This document shows positions 8,950 through 19,249 of a stretch of 61,428 nucleotides of DNA, piece after piece. The DNA comes from a bacterium (GTDB lineage: Bacteria; Patescibacteriota; Minisyncoccia; Phycocordibacterales; UBA6899): assembly GCA_043743715.1 (NCBI GenBank), contig JAYTWK010000039.1:1-61428 (forward strand), in the 5' to 3' direction. The first letter of the stretch is position 1; every line of letters starts with the position of its first letter. The translations under genes were made by a program, and so were the position numbers. A model generated the notes under the pieces. That model was not told the DNA's origin and did no database searches. It saw only the letters and a list, made by a program, of their open reading frames with translations.

Positions 8950-10716
8950 ATGCTAGCCTATACCATATGTATGGGAAAGCAATCGGGTGACGCAGTAAAA
9001 CAACCGCGGGAGGAGGGACTCTTCAGCATACTAGGTGCATACAAAGGACTGATTTTCGCTCTGGTCATCTTCACGATACTCGGCAATGCACTGAATCTGG
9101 TGATGCCGAAAATAGTCGCGCGCGCCATCGATAATTTTGCTGCGGGCAATTTTGACCTGACTCTTGTCTCCGTACAATTCCTGCTGGTTGCTATTGGTGT
9201 CTTCGTCTTCTCCTACCTGCAGAATATTGTTCAGACCTATGTATCAGAGAAAGTTGCTCGCGATCTGCGCAGTACATTCATCGGCAAACTCTCACTCAAA
9301 GAATATGCCTACATCGAGGAAGTGACTCCGGCGAAACTGCTGACAAATATGACTTCCGATATCGACGCAATAAAGAATTTTGTATCACAAGCCATCGCGT
9401 CACTCATCTCGTCTGTCTTCCTCATCATCGGCGCAAGCGTGCTGCTCATCATGATAGATTGGCGGCTCGCGCTCGCGGTCCTCATCATCGTGCCTATTAT
9501 CGGCGGAGTATTCTTCGTGGTACTTCGCAAGGTCCGCAAACTTTTCACCAAGGTCCAGGAAGCCATCGACTGGCTGAATAAGGTGATCAATGAAAGTATT
9601 TTGGGCGCCGCGCTGATCCGTATCCTCAACTCGCACCAATATGAGTACCAGAAATTTATTGATGCCAACTCAGAGGCGAAGGAGATAAGCATGAGCATTT
9701 TGCGTTTGTTCGCGAGTCTCATTCCGGCCATCATGTTTACCACCAATTTCGCGACCCTCATCATTCTCTCACTTGGCGGACACTTTGTGATAAACGGCAG
9801 TATGACGCTCGGTGGCTTCAGTGCGTTCAACAGTTACCTTGCAATACTTGTCTTTCCTATCATTCTTATCGGTTTCATGAGCAATGTTATTGCGCAGGCG
9901 CAGGCATCATTCGCGCGCATCACGAAAGTACTCTCGTCTCCCGACCAGAAAGAGAGTGGCACACGCACTGGCGTTATCCACGGCGACATCAGCGTCAGAA
10001 ACCTCACGCTCCTCTACGGCGAGCGCGCAGCACTCAAGGATGTGTCATTTAATATCGCCAAGGGCCAGAAGACCGCTCTCATCGGCCCCACCGCGGCGGG
10101 GAAGACTCAGCTTCTCTATGCCCTGTGCGGGTTAGTGAAGACCACGAAAGGTTCCATTAGCTATGACGGTCATCCGCTCGCCGAGTACAAGAAAGAGACA
10201 CTTCACGGCCAGATCGGACTAGTATTTCAGGACAGCATCATGTTCAACCTCTCACTGCGTGAGAATATCGCATTCAATAATGAAGTGGAGGATGCGAGCA
10301 TTGAGAAAGCGATAGCGACCGCCGAACTTTCTGATTTTATTGCCGAGCTTCCCGAAGGCCTTGATACACTCGTCTCCGAGCGTGGCACCAGCCTCTCGGG
10401 CGGACAGAAGCAGCGCATCATGCTCGCGCGTGCCTTGGCACTTGATCCGAAGATACTGTACCTCGATGATTTTACCGCACGCGTCGACAATGCGACCGAG
10501 AAAAAAATCTTGGCCAATGTCACGAAGAATTACCCTGGCCTGACGCTTATCTCGGTGACCCAAAAGATTGCCCCGATAGAACATTATGACCAAGTGATAC
10601 TCTTGGTTGAAGGCGAAGTACTCGGAGTAGGTACGCACAAAGCGTTGATGGAGTCAGTCCCGGAGTACGTGCAGATTTATGATTCACAGCAAAGTACCGA
10701 AAACTATGAACTATAA
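8950..10716 (+). CDS. ABC exporter, fused permease/ATPase (half-transporter 1)
   Basis: Six-TM domain, then Walker A GPTAAGKT, signature LSGGQKQR and Walker B ILYLDD. Confidence 0.9.
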   Translation: MLAYTICMGKQSGDAVKQPREEGLFSILGAYKGLIFALVIFTILGNALNLVMPKIVARAIDNFAAGNFDLTLVSVQFLLVAIGVFVFSYLQNIVQTYVSEKVARDLRSTFIGKLSLKEYAYIEEVTPAKLLTNMTSDIDAIKNFVSQAIASLISSVFLIIGASVLLIMIDWRLALAVLIIVPIIGGVFFVVLRKVRKLFTKVQEAIDWLNKVINESILGAALIRILNSHQYEYQKFIDANSEAKEISMSILRLFASLIPAIMFTTNFATLIILSLGGHFVINGSMTLGGFSAFNSYLAILVFPIILIGFMSNVIAQAQASFARITKVLSSPDQKESGTRTGVIHGDISVRNLTLLYGERAALKDVSFNIAKGQKTALIGPTAAGKTQLLYALCGLVKTTKGSISYDGHPLAEYKKETLHGQIGLVFQDSIMFNLSLRENIAFNNEVEDASIEKAIATAELSDFIAELPEGLDTLVSERGTSLSGGQKQRIMLARALALDPKILYLDDFTARVDNATEKKILANVTKNYPGLTLISVTQKIAPIEHYDQVILLVEGEVLGVGTHKALMESVPEYVQIYDSQQSTENYEL

Positions 10717-12463
10717 ACTGAACACAAACAGCGGTGGAGATAAAAAAACAGGCGCGCTCGGCGGCGTGAAGCGCCTCCTCCCGTTCATGGCCGGGGAAGG
10801 AAGAAACGGCGTCATCTCGCTCGTCGGCATTCTGGTGAATTCACTCTCATCGCTCATCACCCCGGTAATTATCGCGCGTGCGGTAGACACCTCACTGCGC
10901 AACAAAGATATGCATGGAGTCCTGATGTGGGCGCTCGTACTACTTCTGGTCTATCTTGTCGGTCTGTATGCAAGTTACAAGCAGACCATCACCATGGGCG
11001 GCATCGGAAGGCGAGTGCTCTACAATCTGCGTAACGCGCTCTTTAGTAAACTACAGTCGCTGCCGGTGGCATTTTTCAATCAGAATAAATCCGGCGATCT
11101 TATTTCACGCATCAATAACGATACTGATAAGCTCAATCAGTTCTTTGCGCAGGCGCTGATGCAGTTCATCGGCAATCTTTTCATGATCGTTGGTGCAGGA
11201 GTGTTTCTTGTTTCGCTTAATTGGAAGCTCGGAGGAGCATCGCTTATTCCGGCACTCTTGGTACTTATCGCAACTCAGCTTATTTCTCCCTGGGTAAAGC
11301 GGGTGAATTTCCGGAGCCTCCAGAGTCTTGGCGGAATGAGCGGCGAGATACAGGAAAGCATCAGCAACTTCAAGGTTATCGTGGTATTCAACCGGCTGGA
11401 TTATTTCAGAGATAAGTTTAATGATGCGAACCAAAAGAATTATAAAGCCGCGGTAAGTGCCGGAATCGCGAACAATGTTTTCACACCGCTGTATACCCTT
11501 GCATACGGCCTGGCGCAACTCGTTGTACTCTATGAGGGTATACACCTGATAGCCACAGGCAATTTCACGGTCGGACTTCTTATAGGTTTTCTCTTGTACG
11601 TGAATAGTTTCTATTTCCCGCTCCGGCAGCTTGCCAGTGTATGGTCATCGTTCCAGCAGGCGCTTGCCGCACTTGATCGCATCTCGGAGGTGCTTGCGCT
11701 TCACACAGATATGGATATAGTGCCCTCATTGCATGAGAGCGGATCCTCGGTGCTTGAATTCAAGAATGTGTCGTTCCGCTACGCTGACGGGTCTGAAGTA
11801 CTGCGTCATACATCGTTCACGCTCGAGAAAGGCAAAACCTATGCGCTAGTCGGACCCACAGGAGGAGGAAAGACTACCACTGCATCCCTCATGGCGCGTC
11901 TGTATGATCCGACCGAAGGAACAGTACTTTTATCAGGACGCGATATCCAATCGTATACACCGGAAGAGCGGGCAAAGAAAATAGGATTCATCCTCCAAGA
12001 GCCATATCTCTTCACTGGGACTGTGCAGGATAATATTCTTTACGGCAATCAAGAATATCATTCATATACAAACGAGGAGCTTGCAAAGCTGCTCGAGTCG
12101 AAAGGACTCGCGGGTCTGCTCTCGCGATTCCCCGAAGGAATAGAGACAAAAGTGACTTCAGGTGGTGATGCGATTAGTCTCGGCCAGAAGCAGCTCATCG
12201 CGTTCATGCGCGCAGTTTTACGCGAGCCGGAGCTTCTCATTCTCGATGAAGCAACCGCGAATATCGATACGGTGACCGAAGAGCAGCTTGAAATCATCGT
12301 CAGTAAGTTGCCGGTGACGACCACCAAGGTAATCATTGCACATCGCCTCAACACGATCCGTAGCGCTGATGAAATATTCTTCGTGAACGGTGGAGAAATA
12401 ACTCTTGCCGGATCAATGCAGAACGCGCTCGACATGCTGCTTCACGGCAAGCGCGCCAGTTAG
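10706..12463 (+). CDS. ABC exporter, fused permease/ATPase (half-transporter 2)
   Basis: ATG 10706 overlaps the upstream stop. Walker A GPTGGGKT, degenerate signature ISLGQKQ, and LLILDEAT. Confidence 0.9.
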   Translation: MNYKLNTNSGGDKKTGALGGVKRLLPFMAGEGRNGVISLVGILVNSLSSLITPVIIARAVDTSLRNKDMHGVLMWALVLLLVYLVGLYASYKQTITMGGIGRRVLYNLRNALFSKLQSLPVAFFNQNKSGDLISRINNDTDKLNQFFAQALMQFIGNLFMIVGAGVFLVSLNWKLGGASLIPALLVLIATQLISPWVKRVNFRSLQSLGGMSGEIQESISNFKVIVVFNRLDYFRDKFNDANQKNYKAAVSAGIANNVFTPLYTLAYGLAQLVVLYEGIHLIATGNFTVGLLIGFLLYVNSFYFPLRQLASVWSSFQQALAALDRISEVLALHTDMDIVPSLHESGSSVLEFKNVSFRYADGSEVLRHTSFTLEKGKTYALVGPTGGGKTTTASLMARLYDPTEGTVLLSGRDIQSYTPEERAKKIGFILQEPYLFTGTVQDNILYGNQEYHSYTNEELAKLLESKGLAGLLSRFPEGIETKVTSGGDAISLGQKQLIAFMRAVLREPELLILDEATANIDTVTEEQLEIIVSKLPVTTTKVIIAHRLNTIRSADEIFFVNGGEITLAGSMQNALDMLLHGKRAS

Positions 12464-12613
12464 ATTGTATTTTAATCTGTAAATGCAAACACATAACACA
12501 ACGAGGAAGCTACACTCGAGGCACTCCTTGCGGTCCTTAATTAGTCCTTATCAATAAAGGGTGGAATCAAGAAACGTTGCTTAATTTATCAATCTGTGGT
12601 ATTGTCAGTACAT

Positions 12614-12847
12614 ATGAATACCCTTAAGAAACCTGAGAAAGAAACTCACTCAAGCCTTATCGAGATAACTCTGGCGGAGTTTTTGACATCGTATAACAAG
12701 AATATGCCTGAAAGCTTCCCGCGCGTCACCACTGTGCTACTTCTACGCTTTAAAGAGCTGCACCCGGCGCTGTTTAAGAATAGTGATTCATGGACTCTCG
12801 ACCAGCACCGCAAAAAAGTCTTTGAGTGGCTCCCAAGGAACGCGTAG
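12614..12847 (+). CDS. hypothetical protein
   Basis: 77 aa from ATG 12614, with a -10-like TGgTATTGT 8 nt upstream. Confidence 0.4.
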   Translation: MNTLKKPEKETHSSLIEITLAEFLTSYNKNMPESFPRVTTVLLLRFKELHPALFKNSDSWTLDQHRKKVFEWLPRNA

Positions 12848-12886
12848 TCAACCGCTGCTAACGCATCTTTGCTGTATACTATCTCT

Positions 12887-13474
12887 ATGCAAATGATGGC
12901 TATTACAGCGTATACTGAACTCGCATACATAGCCTGGGCGGCACTCATCATCATTTGGGTAGCAGGGTCATTTGGCAATAAGAAGACGTTGAACGTATCT
13001 CACATCCGCGAGCAAGTCATCGTCCTCGTTCTTATGGCTATCGGCTTCGGGCTGATGTTCAATCAGCGGGTGCTCCCATGGGGACTCAGCTCGTTCATCT
13101 CGCATCCGCAGGTACAGAGCAGTTTGATCGGAGACATCCTTGCCCTTTCAGGAGTAGTATTCGCTATCTGGGCGCGCGTCGCACTTGGAAAAAATTGGAG
13201 CGGGACAGTCGTCACTATCAAAAAAGATCACCAGCTCATCGAAAGCGGCCCGTATGCATACGTGAGGCATCCGATCTATGCGGGATTTCTTACCGCCGCA
13301 GTCGGTACGGCGCTCACTATCGGAACGCTCGCGAGTTTTCTTGCGGTGCTCTTCTTGCTGGCGGCATTCATCATTCGCATCAAACGCGAAGAGAAAATGA
13401 TGACCGCACAATTTCTAAATGAATATCCGCTATACATAACACGTACCAAAGCGCTGATTCCATATTTGTTTTAA
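12887..13474 (+). CDS. isoprenylcysteine carboxyl methyltransferase (ICMT/PEMT) family membrane protein
   Basis: Multi-TM protein with the GPYAYVRHPIYAGF motif. Confidence 0.75.
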   Translation: MQMMAITAYTELAYIAWAALIIIWVAGSFGNKKTLNVSHIREQVIVLVLMAIGFGLMFNQRVLPWGLSSFISHPQVQSSLIGDILALSGVVFAIWARVALGKNWSGTVVTIKKDHQLIESGPYAYVRHPIYAGFLTAAVGTALTIGTLASFLAVLFLLAAFIIRIKREEKMMTAQFLNEYPLYITRTKALIPYLF

Positions 13475-13480
13475 GTCGGC

Positions 13481-14176
13481 TTACTGTCCTACAGGCTCGC
13501 TGCTCACACCATACGCATGAAATTCCCCATTAATATTTTCGCCGAATATCACTACTGGTGAATCGGTTGAGTAGTTATCACTCGGCATAAGTGTCTCACT
13601 GTTTACATGAACCGGAGCACCTCCATCTTTTAAGATGGTGATGGTCCCTGAAGCGGTGCGAATGATTACTCCGTGGAAAAAATGCGACGGCCGCCCAAAT
13701 GGAGGCTGCGCGAAGCTATTGTAGATGGGGACGCCATGCGCATTCGAGTAGTTGCGAATCTGCGGATGGAGGTCGTCAAGATCTGCGATGACTGAGGCAA
13801 GCGTAAGGATGACAACGAGTGTCCCTGCGCTGTATAAGAGCGGTCGCTTGTAAACAAAACTATACCGGCACAGGAGTTCCTCAAGTACAGCAAGGAAGAC
13901 GAGTGAACCGATAACCAGGAGCCAGGGGAATGAGAGTAAAAATTCCATCCAGCCACGATACCCAAAGCGGGGTGCGAATGAGAGTCCAGATTCGCGAATG
14001 ACGAAGACCACCAAACTCGTGAGGTAGATTGCAGCGAGGAAGACGCAAAACAATGTAAGTACTGAGAGAGTCGTTTGTAGCGAGAAGTGCCATTTAGGGC
14101 GCATGTGAAGTCCCCTCGCGCGGATTTCGGCGAGTACACTCTGGCTTGTTGGTTGCTGGTTGTGTGTGTTTGTCAT
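13481..14176 (-). CDS. membrane protein, putative anti-sigma factor
   Basis: Its start overlaps the stop of the upstream ECF sigma gene (ATGA). It has a cytoplasmic N-terminus and several TM helices. Confidence 0.45.
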   Translation of the reverse strand: MTNTHNQQPTSQSVLAEIRARGLHMRPKWHFSLQTTLSVLTLFCVFLAAIYLTSLVVFVIRESGLSFAPRFGYRGWMEFLLSFPWLLVIGSLVFLAVLEELLCRYSFVYKRPLLYSAGTLVVILTLASVIADLDDLHPQIRNYSNAHGVPIYNSFAQPPFGRPSHFFHGVIIRTASGTITILKDGGAPVHVNSETLMPSDNYSTDSPVVIFGENINGEFHAYGVSSEPVGQ

Positions 14177-14775
14177 GTTGTTCGATTTATCAAGTCCATC
14201 TTCTGCTTCGCTTCTTCATGTTCGTTGATCTCCTTTTCTATCATCTCGCGTACGAATTTCTTTCCTCTTGATATTCTGACTCCGACGGTGGCTATTGGAA
14301 TCTTCAGAATGTCGGCGATCTCGCTATATGAGAATTCATCATAAAAGAAAAGGTACAGTGGTTCGCGATATTTTGCATCAAGCTTCGAGAGGTGCTTGTC
14401 TATCTGCTCTTTCGACTCAGCCTGGAGCGTTTCCGCATCGGCGGTCTCAGGGGCCGCGATAGTCGGAAAGATAGTATCCGGGTCAAGAAATGAGAACGAT
14501 AACCTTCGGCGCTTTTTGAGCGCAGTAATAAACTCATTATGTGCGATGCGGTATATCCATGGCGAAAACTTCCGTTCCTTGTCAAAAGATCGGATATTCT
14601 CAAATGATTTGAGGAACACATCTTGGAGAAGGTCTTCCGCGTCGGTCTTATCAAAAAGGAATTTCTTGGCGTAACGCGCAAGTTTTGGAGAAAAGCGTTC
14701 AACAATGACGCCGAATGCCTCGATATCGCCGTTCTGCACGGCTGTCGCTAGCTGTTCGTCTGTGCGCTCATCCAT
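14173..14775 (-). CDS. ECF-type RNA polymerase sigma-70 family factor
   Basis: Region 2 (LLQDVFLKSF...WIYRIAHN) and region 4 (EFSYSEIADILKIPIATVGVRISRG) are recognisable. Confidence 0.85.
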   Translation of the reverse strand: MDERTDEQLATAVQNGDIEAFGVIVERFSPKLARYAKKFLFDKTDAEDLLQDVFLKSFENIRSFDKERKFSPWIYRIAHNEFITALKKRRRLSFSFLDPDTIFPTIAAPETADAETLQAESKEQIDKHLSKLDAKYREPLYLFFYDEFSYSEIADILKIPIATVGVRISRGKKFVREMIEKEINEHEEAKQKMDLINRTT

Positions 14776-14973
14776 AATTGATATCTCAACACTAATTAGT
14801 ACACCTGAACAGCGAAAATATTTCAGCCGCTGCGATAACAGCTGAGCATATATGTTTTTAAACGTACAAAGCTACCATGTTGGCGCTTTGTCACTTGACA
14901 TAAAATTAATAGTGTGATAACCTATTTTAGGTAGTTGATCCTGCAATCTTGTTAAATCAAATAGGAGGTTTAG

Positions 14974-15390
14974 ATGAAAAGTCTATTGAAAGTTGTCTTG
15001 CGTGTGTTCGAATTTATGTTTTTTTCAAGTAGCTTTCCTGCCGAGCTTATAGTTCAGCCCAGCGACACCTTGAGTCAAGCCAAAGCTAGAACATGGCTTA
15101 GACACGCTCGGAATCTACTTTCCGACAACACCGTCAACGTGAATTATGTTCGCAAGTTCGCAAAAGAGGCGCATGCGACACTCGAAGATATCGGTACATC
15201 CGAATCAGAGCTGAATGAGCTTCTCATCGGTGGTTACAAAGCCGAAGCTAGAACATGGCTTAGACACGCTCGGAATCTACTCTCCGACAACACCGTCTAC
15301 GTCAATTATGTTCGCAAGTTCGCAAAAGAGGCGCATGCGACACTAGAAGATATCGGTACAAGCGACAAAGAATTGGGCGAGCTGGAGTAG
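14974..15390 (+). CDS. secreted/anchored protein made of two near-identical 41-aa repeats
   Basis: AGGAGG SD 6 nt upstream; hydrophobic N-terminus; ARTWLRHARNLLSDNTV.VNYVRKFAKEAHATLEDIGTS occurs twice. Confidence 0.5.
   Translation: MKSLLKVVLRVFEFMFFSSSFPAELIVQPSDTLSQAKARTWLRHARNLLSDNTVNVNYVRKFAKEAHATLEDIGTSESELNELLIGGYKAEARTWLRHARNLLSDNTVYVNYVRKFAKEAHATLEDIGTSDKELGELE
15079..15363 (+). repeat. direct repeat of ~123 nt with 162-nt period inside the CDS
   Basis: 15079-15201 versus 15241-15363 differ at only a handful of positions. Confidence 0.85.
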
Positions 15391-15416
15391 CTCAATGTAG
15401 TGTGTAGTAAATACTT

Positions 15417-15450
15417 AAGTGGCGAAGTTGAAATACTAGCCACTTTTTTT
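15417..15450 (+). terminator. intrinsic terminator
   Basis: AAGTGGC-N15-GCCACTT followed by TTTTT. Confidence 0.55.
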
Positions 15451-15693
15451 ATTCTCGATTAGGGCAAATACCCCGCGAGCTTGCTCCGAAAATATTTTGA
15501 GCGAAGCTCGTCTTGATACCCCGTCAGCTTGCTGCGGGGTTATTCATTGAAAAAAGGAGGTAAAGAAGTGTACGCTGTCAACCATGAACATTTGATATGA
15601 AATATTTTTCTGAGATGGGTGTAATAGTTGATGTGAGCCGTTCCTTAATGGAGCCAACGCTCATGCCGGCGTTATGAGTAATCTAAATTGCAT

Positions 15694-16200
15694 ATGAAGA
15701 AACAGAGTAACAAAAGCAAGGTAATCGTAACATTTCTCGGCCTTGCAACGCTCGGTGCAGGTGCAGGAGCCGCGGCAATAACCAGTGCGCCATCAGTCCC
15801 TGCGAATACCGTGCAAGTATCACAGAGTACTGGTGGGAAAGGTATGGGGCTCGGTCGCCGAGGGCCGCCCGGAGTCATTGGCACGGTAGCCGCCGTTAGC
15901 GGGAGGAGTATTACGGTACACGAAAAGGGTGGTGCAGTATACACTGTTGATCTTACGAATGCGAAAATAACGAAGAATGTCGGAGGCGTGCAGCCCATGA
16001 CCATCACTGCAGCAGATATAAGGATAGGCGACACCATCGGTGTACGTGGTACTATCTCGGGCAGGACGGTCACGGCGACCTTCGCAATGGACGGGATCTC
16101 GCTTACGGCGCCGCTTAGCGGAAAGGGGAGCCCCGGCGGACATCATGGTCAGAGTATTTCCCCAAGGCTAGTGCAATCTCCGGTGACACTATTATTGTGA
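15694..16200 (+). CDS. secreted repeat protein, probably frameshifted near its 3' end
   Basis: Signal-like N-terminus. GTVAAVSGRSITV...YTVDL modules; a further module continues in another frame to 16262. Confidence 0.5.
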   Translation: MKKQSNKSKVIVTFLGLATLGAGAGAAAITSAPSVPANTVQVSQSTGGKGMGLGRRGPPGVIGTVAAVSGRSITVHEKGGAVYTVDLTNAKITKNVGGVQPMTITAADIRIGDTIGVRGTISGRTVTATFAMDGISLTAPLSGKGSPGGHHGQSISPRLVQSPVTLLL

Positions 16201-16393
16201 CAGGTGCCGACGGCACGAGCATTGTTTTCGACGCGGTAGGTGTGAAGCTCTCCAAGCTTTAAACCATTAGCATTTCTGACCTAATGGTAGGTGATGAAGC
16301 GGGTGTTAGTGGCTTAGTGGTGTAGTGTCTGCCACATCATCAGCAGAGCAACAGATAGTTCTTTCTTAATTTTTGTTTTCTCCAAACAAGAGC

Positions 16394-16422
16394 AAAAGGA
16401 CCCGTATCATACGGGTCCTTTT
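16394..16422. terminator. bidirectional-looking intrinsic terminator
   Basis: AAAAGGACCCGT-ATCAT-ACGGGTCCTTTT. Confidence 0.6.
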
Positions 16423-16488
16423 GGGTATGAAATACAAATTTCTTTCAAACATGGAGTCCTGTACGATATACTGTGGTCTATACTGCTT

Positions 16489-16746
16489 ATGAAAAACACT
16501 TTCGTCACAGGTATCATTTCGTTGATTGCTATTTCTGGACTGGCTATCCTGTGGGCTGTTGAACGAGCGAAGCCTCATGCGTCGACGCAGTTCAACTCAC
16601 AGACGGCTTCAGGATACGGTGTAAAACTTCTTCCTATGGAAGTGTCGACGACAATTATTTCAAATACCTCGGTGCAGTTTGCTACGACAACCCTTCGCGA
16701 TGCTACGACGACGCAAACAACACACGTTTCTCCCAGAAACCCATAA
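16489..16746 (+). CDS. small membrane-anchored protein
   Basis: 85 aa with an N-terminal TM helix and a Thr-rich tail. Confidence 0.4.
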   Translation: MKNTFVTGIISLIAISGLAILWAVERAKPHASTQFNSQTASGYGVKLLPMEVSTTIISNTSVQFATTTLRDATTTQTTHVSPRNP

Positions 16747-16982
16747 CGCTAAGCCCGGTGTAGACCTCCACAGTATCAAAAACGACTCAGGGCAGCATAC
16801 TCCCACTAAATGTGGCTAAACCACCTCCGCAGGAAGCGATACATGCCGACACATGCTTAGAGTATCAAAAAGACCGGTGGACCGTGTTCATTCACTACTT
16901 CACAAGGTGACAGTATTTCAGGCATCTGTGATACTTCTTTGAATCCTTCGCTCGCATGTATGCTGGCGAGTGGGCCACTGCG

Positions 16983-18008
16983 CTAGATGGTATATTTTCC
17001 ATCAGCAAAAATGACTGTACCATCTGCAGTCGATGCGTCGACCACGGGAAAGAGGTCAACATGATAGCGTGCCTTATGGGTAGTGATGCCCTCTTTTTTG
17101 TATACACTATGCTTCTCACCCATTGAGAGGTGCATGCCGAGGATACGCTCGAAAGCGGTCACATCTTCGACATAGCGCTCCTTCGTAATAGCACGGTTGA
17201 GTCCGAATCCTATCTCGCGGATAAGAGGTCGCTCATTGGTTTTAATTTCCATTACGATATCGGTAAAATTCTTTGGCGCATTGTCTGCCCACGAAACTAC
17301 CACCCCACGTATAACGTCAACGCGAAACGGTTCGTGCATATTCACACTGAAGTCGCTGCCTGCGAACGCATACACATAGAACGAGCCGTTCATCTTCGAG
17401 AAGTCGAGACTTTCTGTGAAAACTTCGCCAATAGGGAAGGTGCCGCCGATATTTTCCATGCCAGTGTAATCCCCAAGGTTCGGCTTCGGAGATTCAAGTC
17501 CACCGGTGACGGTGAGTGTCGCATCATTGCCAGCGATGACAAGTGTGTCGGTCGCGGCAAGTTTCGATTGCAAACGTCTTCCTAATCCGCGGTACCAGTC
17601 AGTGTCGTATGAGAGCGCATCGATATACACATCCCATACAGCAATGCTGTTGCGGTAGAGGTGATTGTGTTCGATCACCTTAAATTTCTGCTTGAACAGA
17701 TGTAGACGAATGCGAAAATCGTCGAGCCGGAAATTCGACGTCTGAATGAGCACTACCAAATCACCGGCGCTCATGGTGTCGATGGCCGCAATCGTCTCTT
17801 CCTTGCTTTTCATAGTATTGAAATCAAGGAATGTCGCCTTTGGAAGCGCAGCGCGGTATGCCTCAGTGAGGATATTGGTCAGTCCGTTTTCGGTGTCGTA
17901 GATGACAAGCGCTCTTTCATGAGGTTTGTGCTCGATAGCTTTTGCGATGATATCCGCGACATTTTTCTTGGCTTGATTGAGGAGTGCCGCTCGTTTGCTT
18001 TCTTGCAT
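16983..18008 (-). CDS. M29-like (AmpS/PepS-type) aminopeptidase family protein
   Basis: 341 aa. The GGTFPIGEVFTE, EIGFGLN and GMHLSMGE motif order resembles the thermophilic metalloprotease M29 family. Confidence 0.5.
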   Translation of the reverse strand: MQESKRAALLNQAKKNVADIIAKAIEHKPHERALVIYDTENGLTNILTEAYRAALPKATFLDFNTMKSKEETIAAIDTMSAGDLVVLIQTSNFRLDDFRIRLHLFKQKFKVIEHNHLYRNSIAVWDVYIDALSYDTDWYRGLGRRLQSKLAATDTLVIAGNDATLTVTGGLESPKPNLGDYTGMENIGGTFPIGEVFTESLDFSKMNGSFYVYAFAGSDFSVNMHEPFRVDVIRGVVVSWADNAPKNFTDIVMEIKTNERPLIREIGFGLNRAITKERYVEDVTAFERILGMHLSMGEKHSVYKKEGITTHKARYHVDLFPVVDASTADGTVIFADGKYTI

Positions 18009-18097
18009 GCTATAGAGCGTAGCGCAAAATCACAAAAAAACATAATAAGCAGAGTACAGGTGTGCATGCCGCTCTTACGTGATGATATACTCTAGGT

Positions 18098-18634
18098 ATG
18101 AAAAAAGTCTTGCTTATCGCGATAGTTTTTCCGGTCATTCTTGTAGGAGCGATCTATGTACTGGCAAGAACGGGCGTAGACAAATCTAAGGGAGTCGCGT
18201 GTACACCGCAAGCCAAGATCTGCCCTGACGGAACATCTGTTTCCCGTGGCGGTCCACATTGCGAATTTGCCGCATGCCCGAATGAAGTATTGCCGATTCC
18301 ACTTCAGCCCGAGCCGACCCCAGGTCAAGAGGTCACTCAAGTGGGCTTCGGACAGACCATAACCGATAATGATATCCGTATCACTCCCTTATCTCTTGTT
18401 GCAGACAGTCGATGCCCTAAAGATGTGAACTGTATCCAAGCGGGGACAGTGAGCATACTGATGCAGTTAAAAAAAGAAGGAGAAACCAAAAAAGTGACGA
18501 TGAGTCTCGGGGAATCTGTACAATTCGGAGGCATGAGTATCAAATTGAACTCGGTCAATCCAGAGAAGTATTCGAAAGTGTTAATTCTACCTGAAGCTTA
18601 TCGTTTCGAATTCCTCACCACCGCAAATAACTGA
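18098..18634 (+). CDS. membrane-anchored extracytoplasmic protein, unknown function
   Basis: 178 aa with an N-terminal TM helix and paired Cys residues. Confidence 0.5.
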   Translation: MKKVLLIAIVFPVILVGAIYVLARTGVDKSKGVACTPQAKICPDGTSVSRGGPHCEFAACPNEVLPIPLQPEPTPGQEVTQVGFGQTITDNDIRITPLSLVADSRCPKDVNCIQAGTVSILMQLKKEGETKKVTMSLGESVQFGGMSIKLNSVNPEKYSKVLILPEAYRFEFLTTANN

Positions 18635-18660
18635 TGCTGGTAATTTATTAACCTATAAAC

Positions 18661-19227
18661 ATGATCACCAATATGTATTTCAATAGTCCTCACGTTAGGT
18701 CCGCACTCAAACGATTTATACCCCTCGGATTTGCCATCACACTCACGTTCTTTTTTGTCTTTCTCATCATTCAGCAAACAGTTCGCCTCGCTGCGAATGA
18801 GCTGGTGGTACAGATAGCGCATGATGTATCTGATGCGCTTGGAGAGGGTGCGCCGTATACCGCATTTAACACACCGCGACCCGTTAATATTGCACATAGC
18901 CTTTCCCCGTTTGCAATTCTTTTTGATCAGGACGGCAAAATGCTGACCGGAAGCGGTGTCTTAGACAATGAGGTGCCGAGACCGCCAAAGGGAGTATTCG
19001 ATTATGTAAAGTTGCATCACGAGGAGCGCGTGACTTGGTCTCCGAAGCCCGGCGTACGCATTGCTCTCGTAGGCGTGTACCACACTGGGGTCAATCCGGG
19101 TTTCGTATTTGCCGGCCGTTCGCTGAGTGAGACAGAGAACAGAATACATATACTCCTCTTGCTTACACTGCTCTGCTGGCTTACGACGCTGGTTTCGAGC
19201 TTCTTGCTCTCAGCGCTCTACGCCTAG
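18661..19227 (+). CDS. two-TM protein with an extracytoplasmic domain, unknown function
   Basis: 188 aa with TM helices at both ends. Confidence 0.5.
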   Translation: MITNMYFNSPHVRSALKRFIPLGFAITLTFFFVFLIIQQTVRLAANELVVQIAHDVSDALGEGAPYTAFNTPRPVNIAHSLSPFAILFDQDGKMLTGSGVLDNEVPRPPKGVFDYVKLHHEERVTWSPKPGVRIALVGVYHTGVNPGFVFAGRSLSETENRIHILLLLTLLCWLTTLVSSFLLSALYA

Positions 19228-19249
19228 CTCGCACATCTACAGGTACGTA

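Noticed and set aside
15461-15545. Two about 20-nt direct repeats (ATACCCCG.CAGCTTGCT) with hairpin potential, checked as a mini CRISPR or REP element
   Set aside because: There are only two imperfect copies, no regular repeat-spacer periodicity and no cas genes. They are probably terminator or promoter debris.
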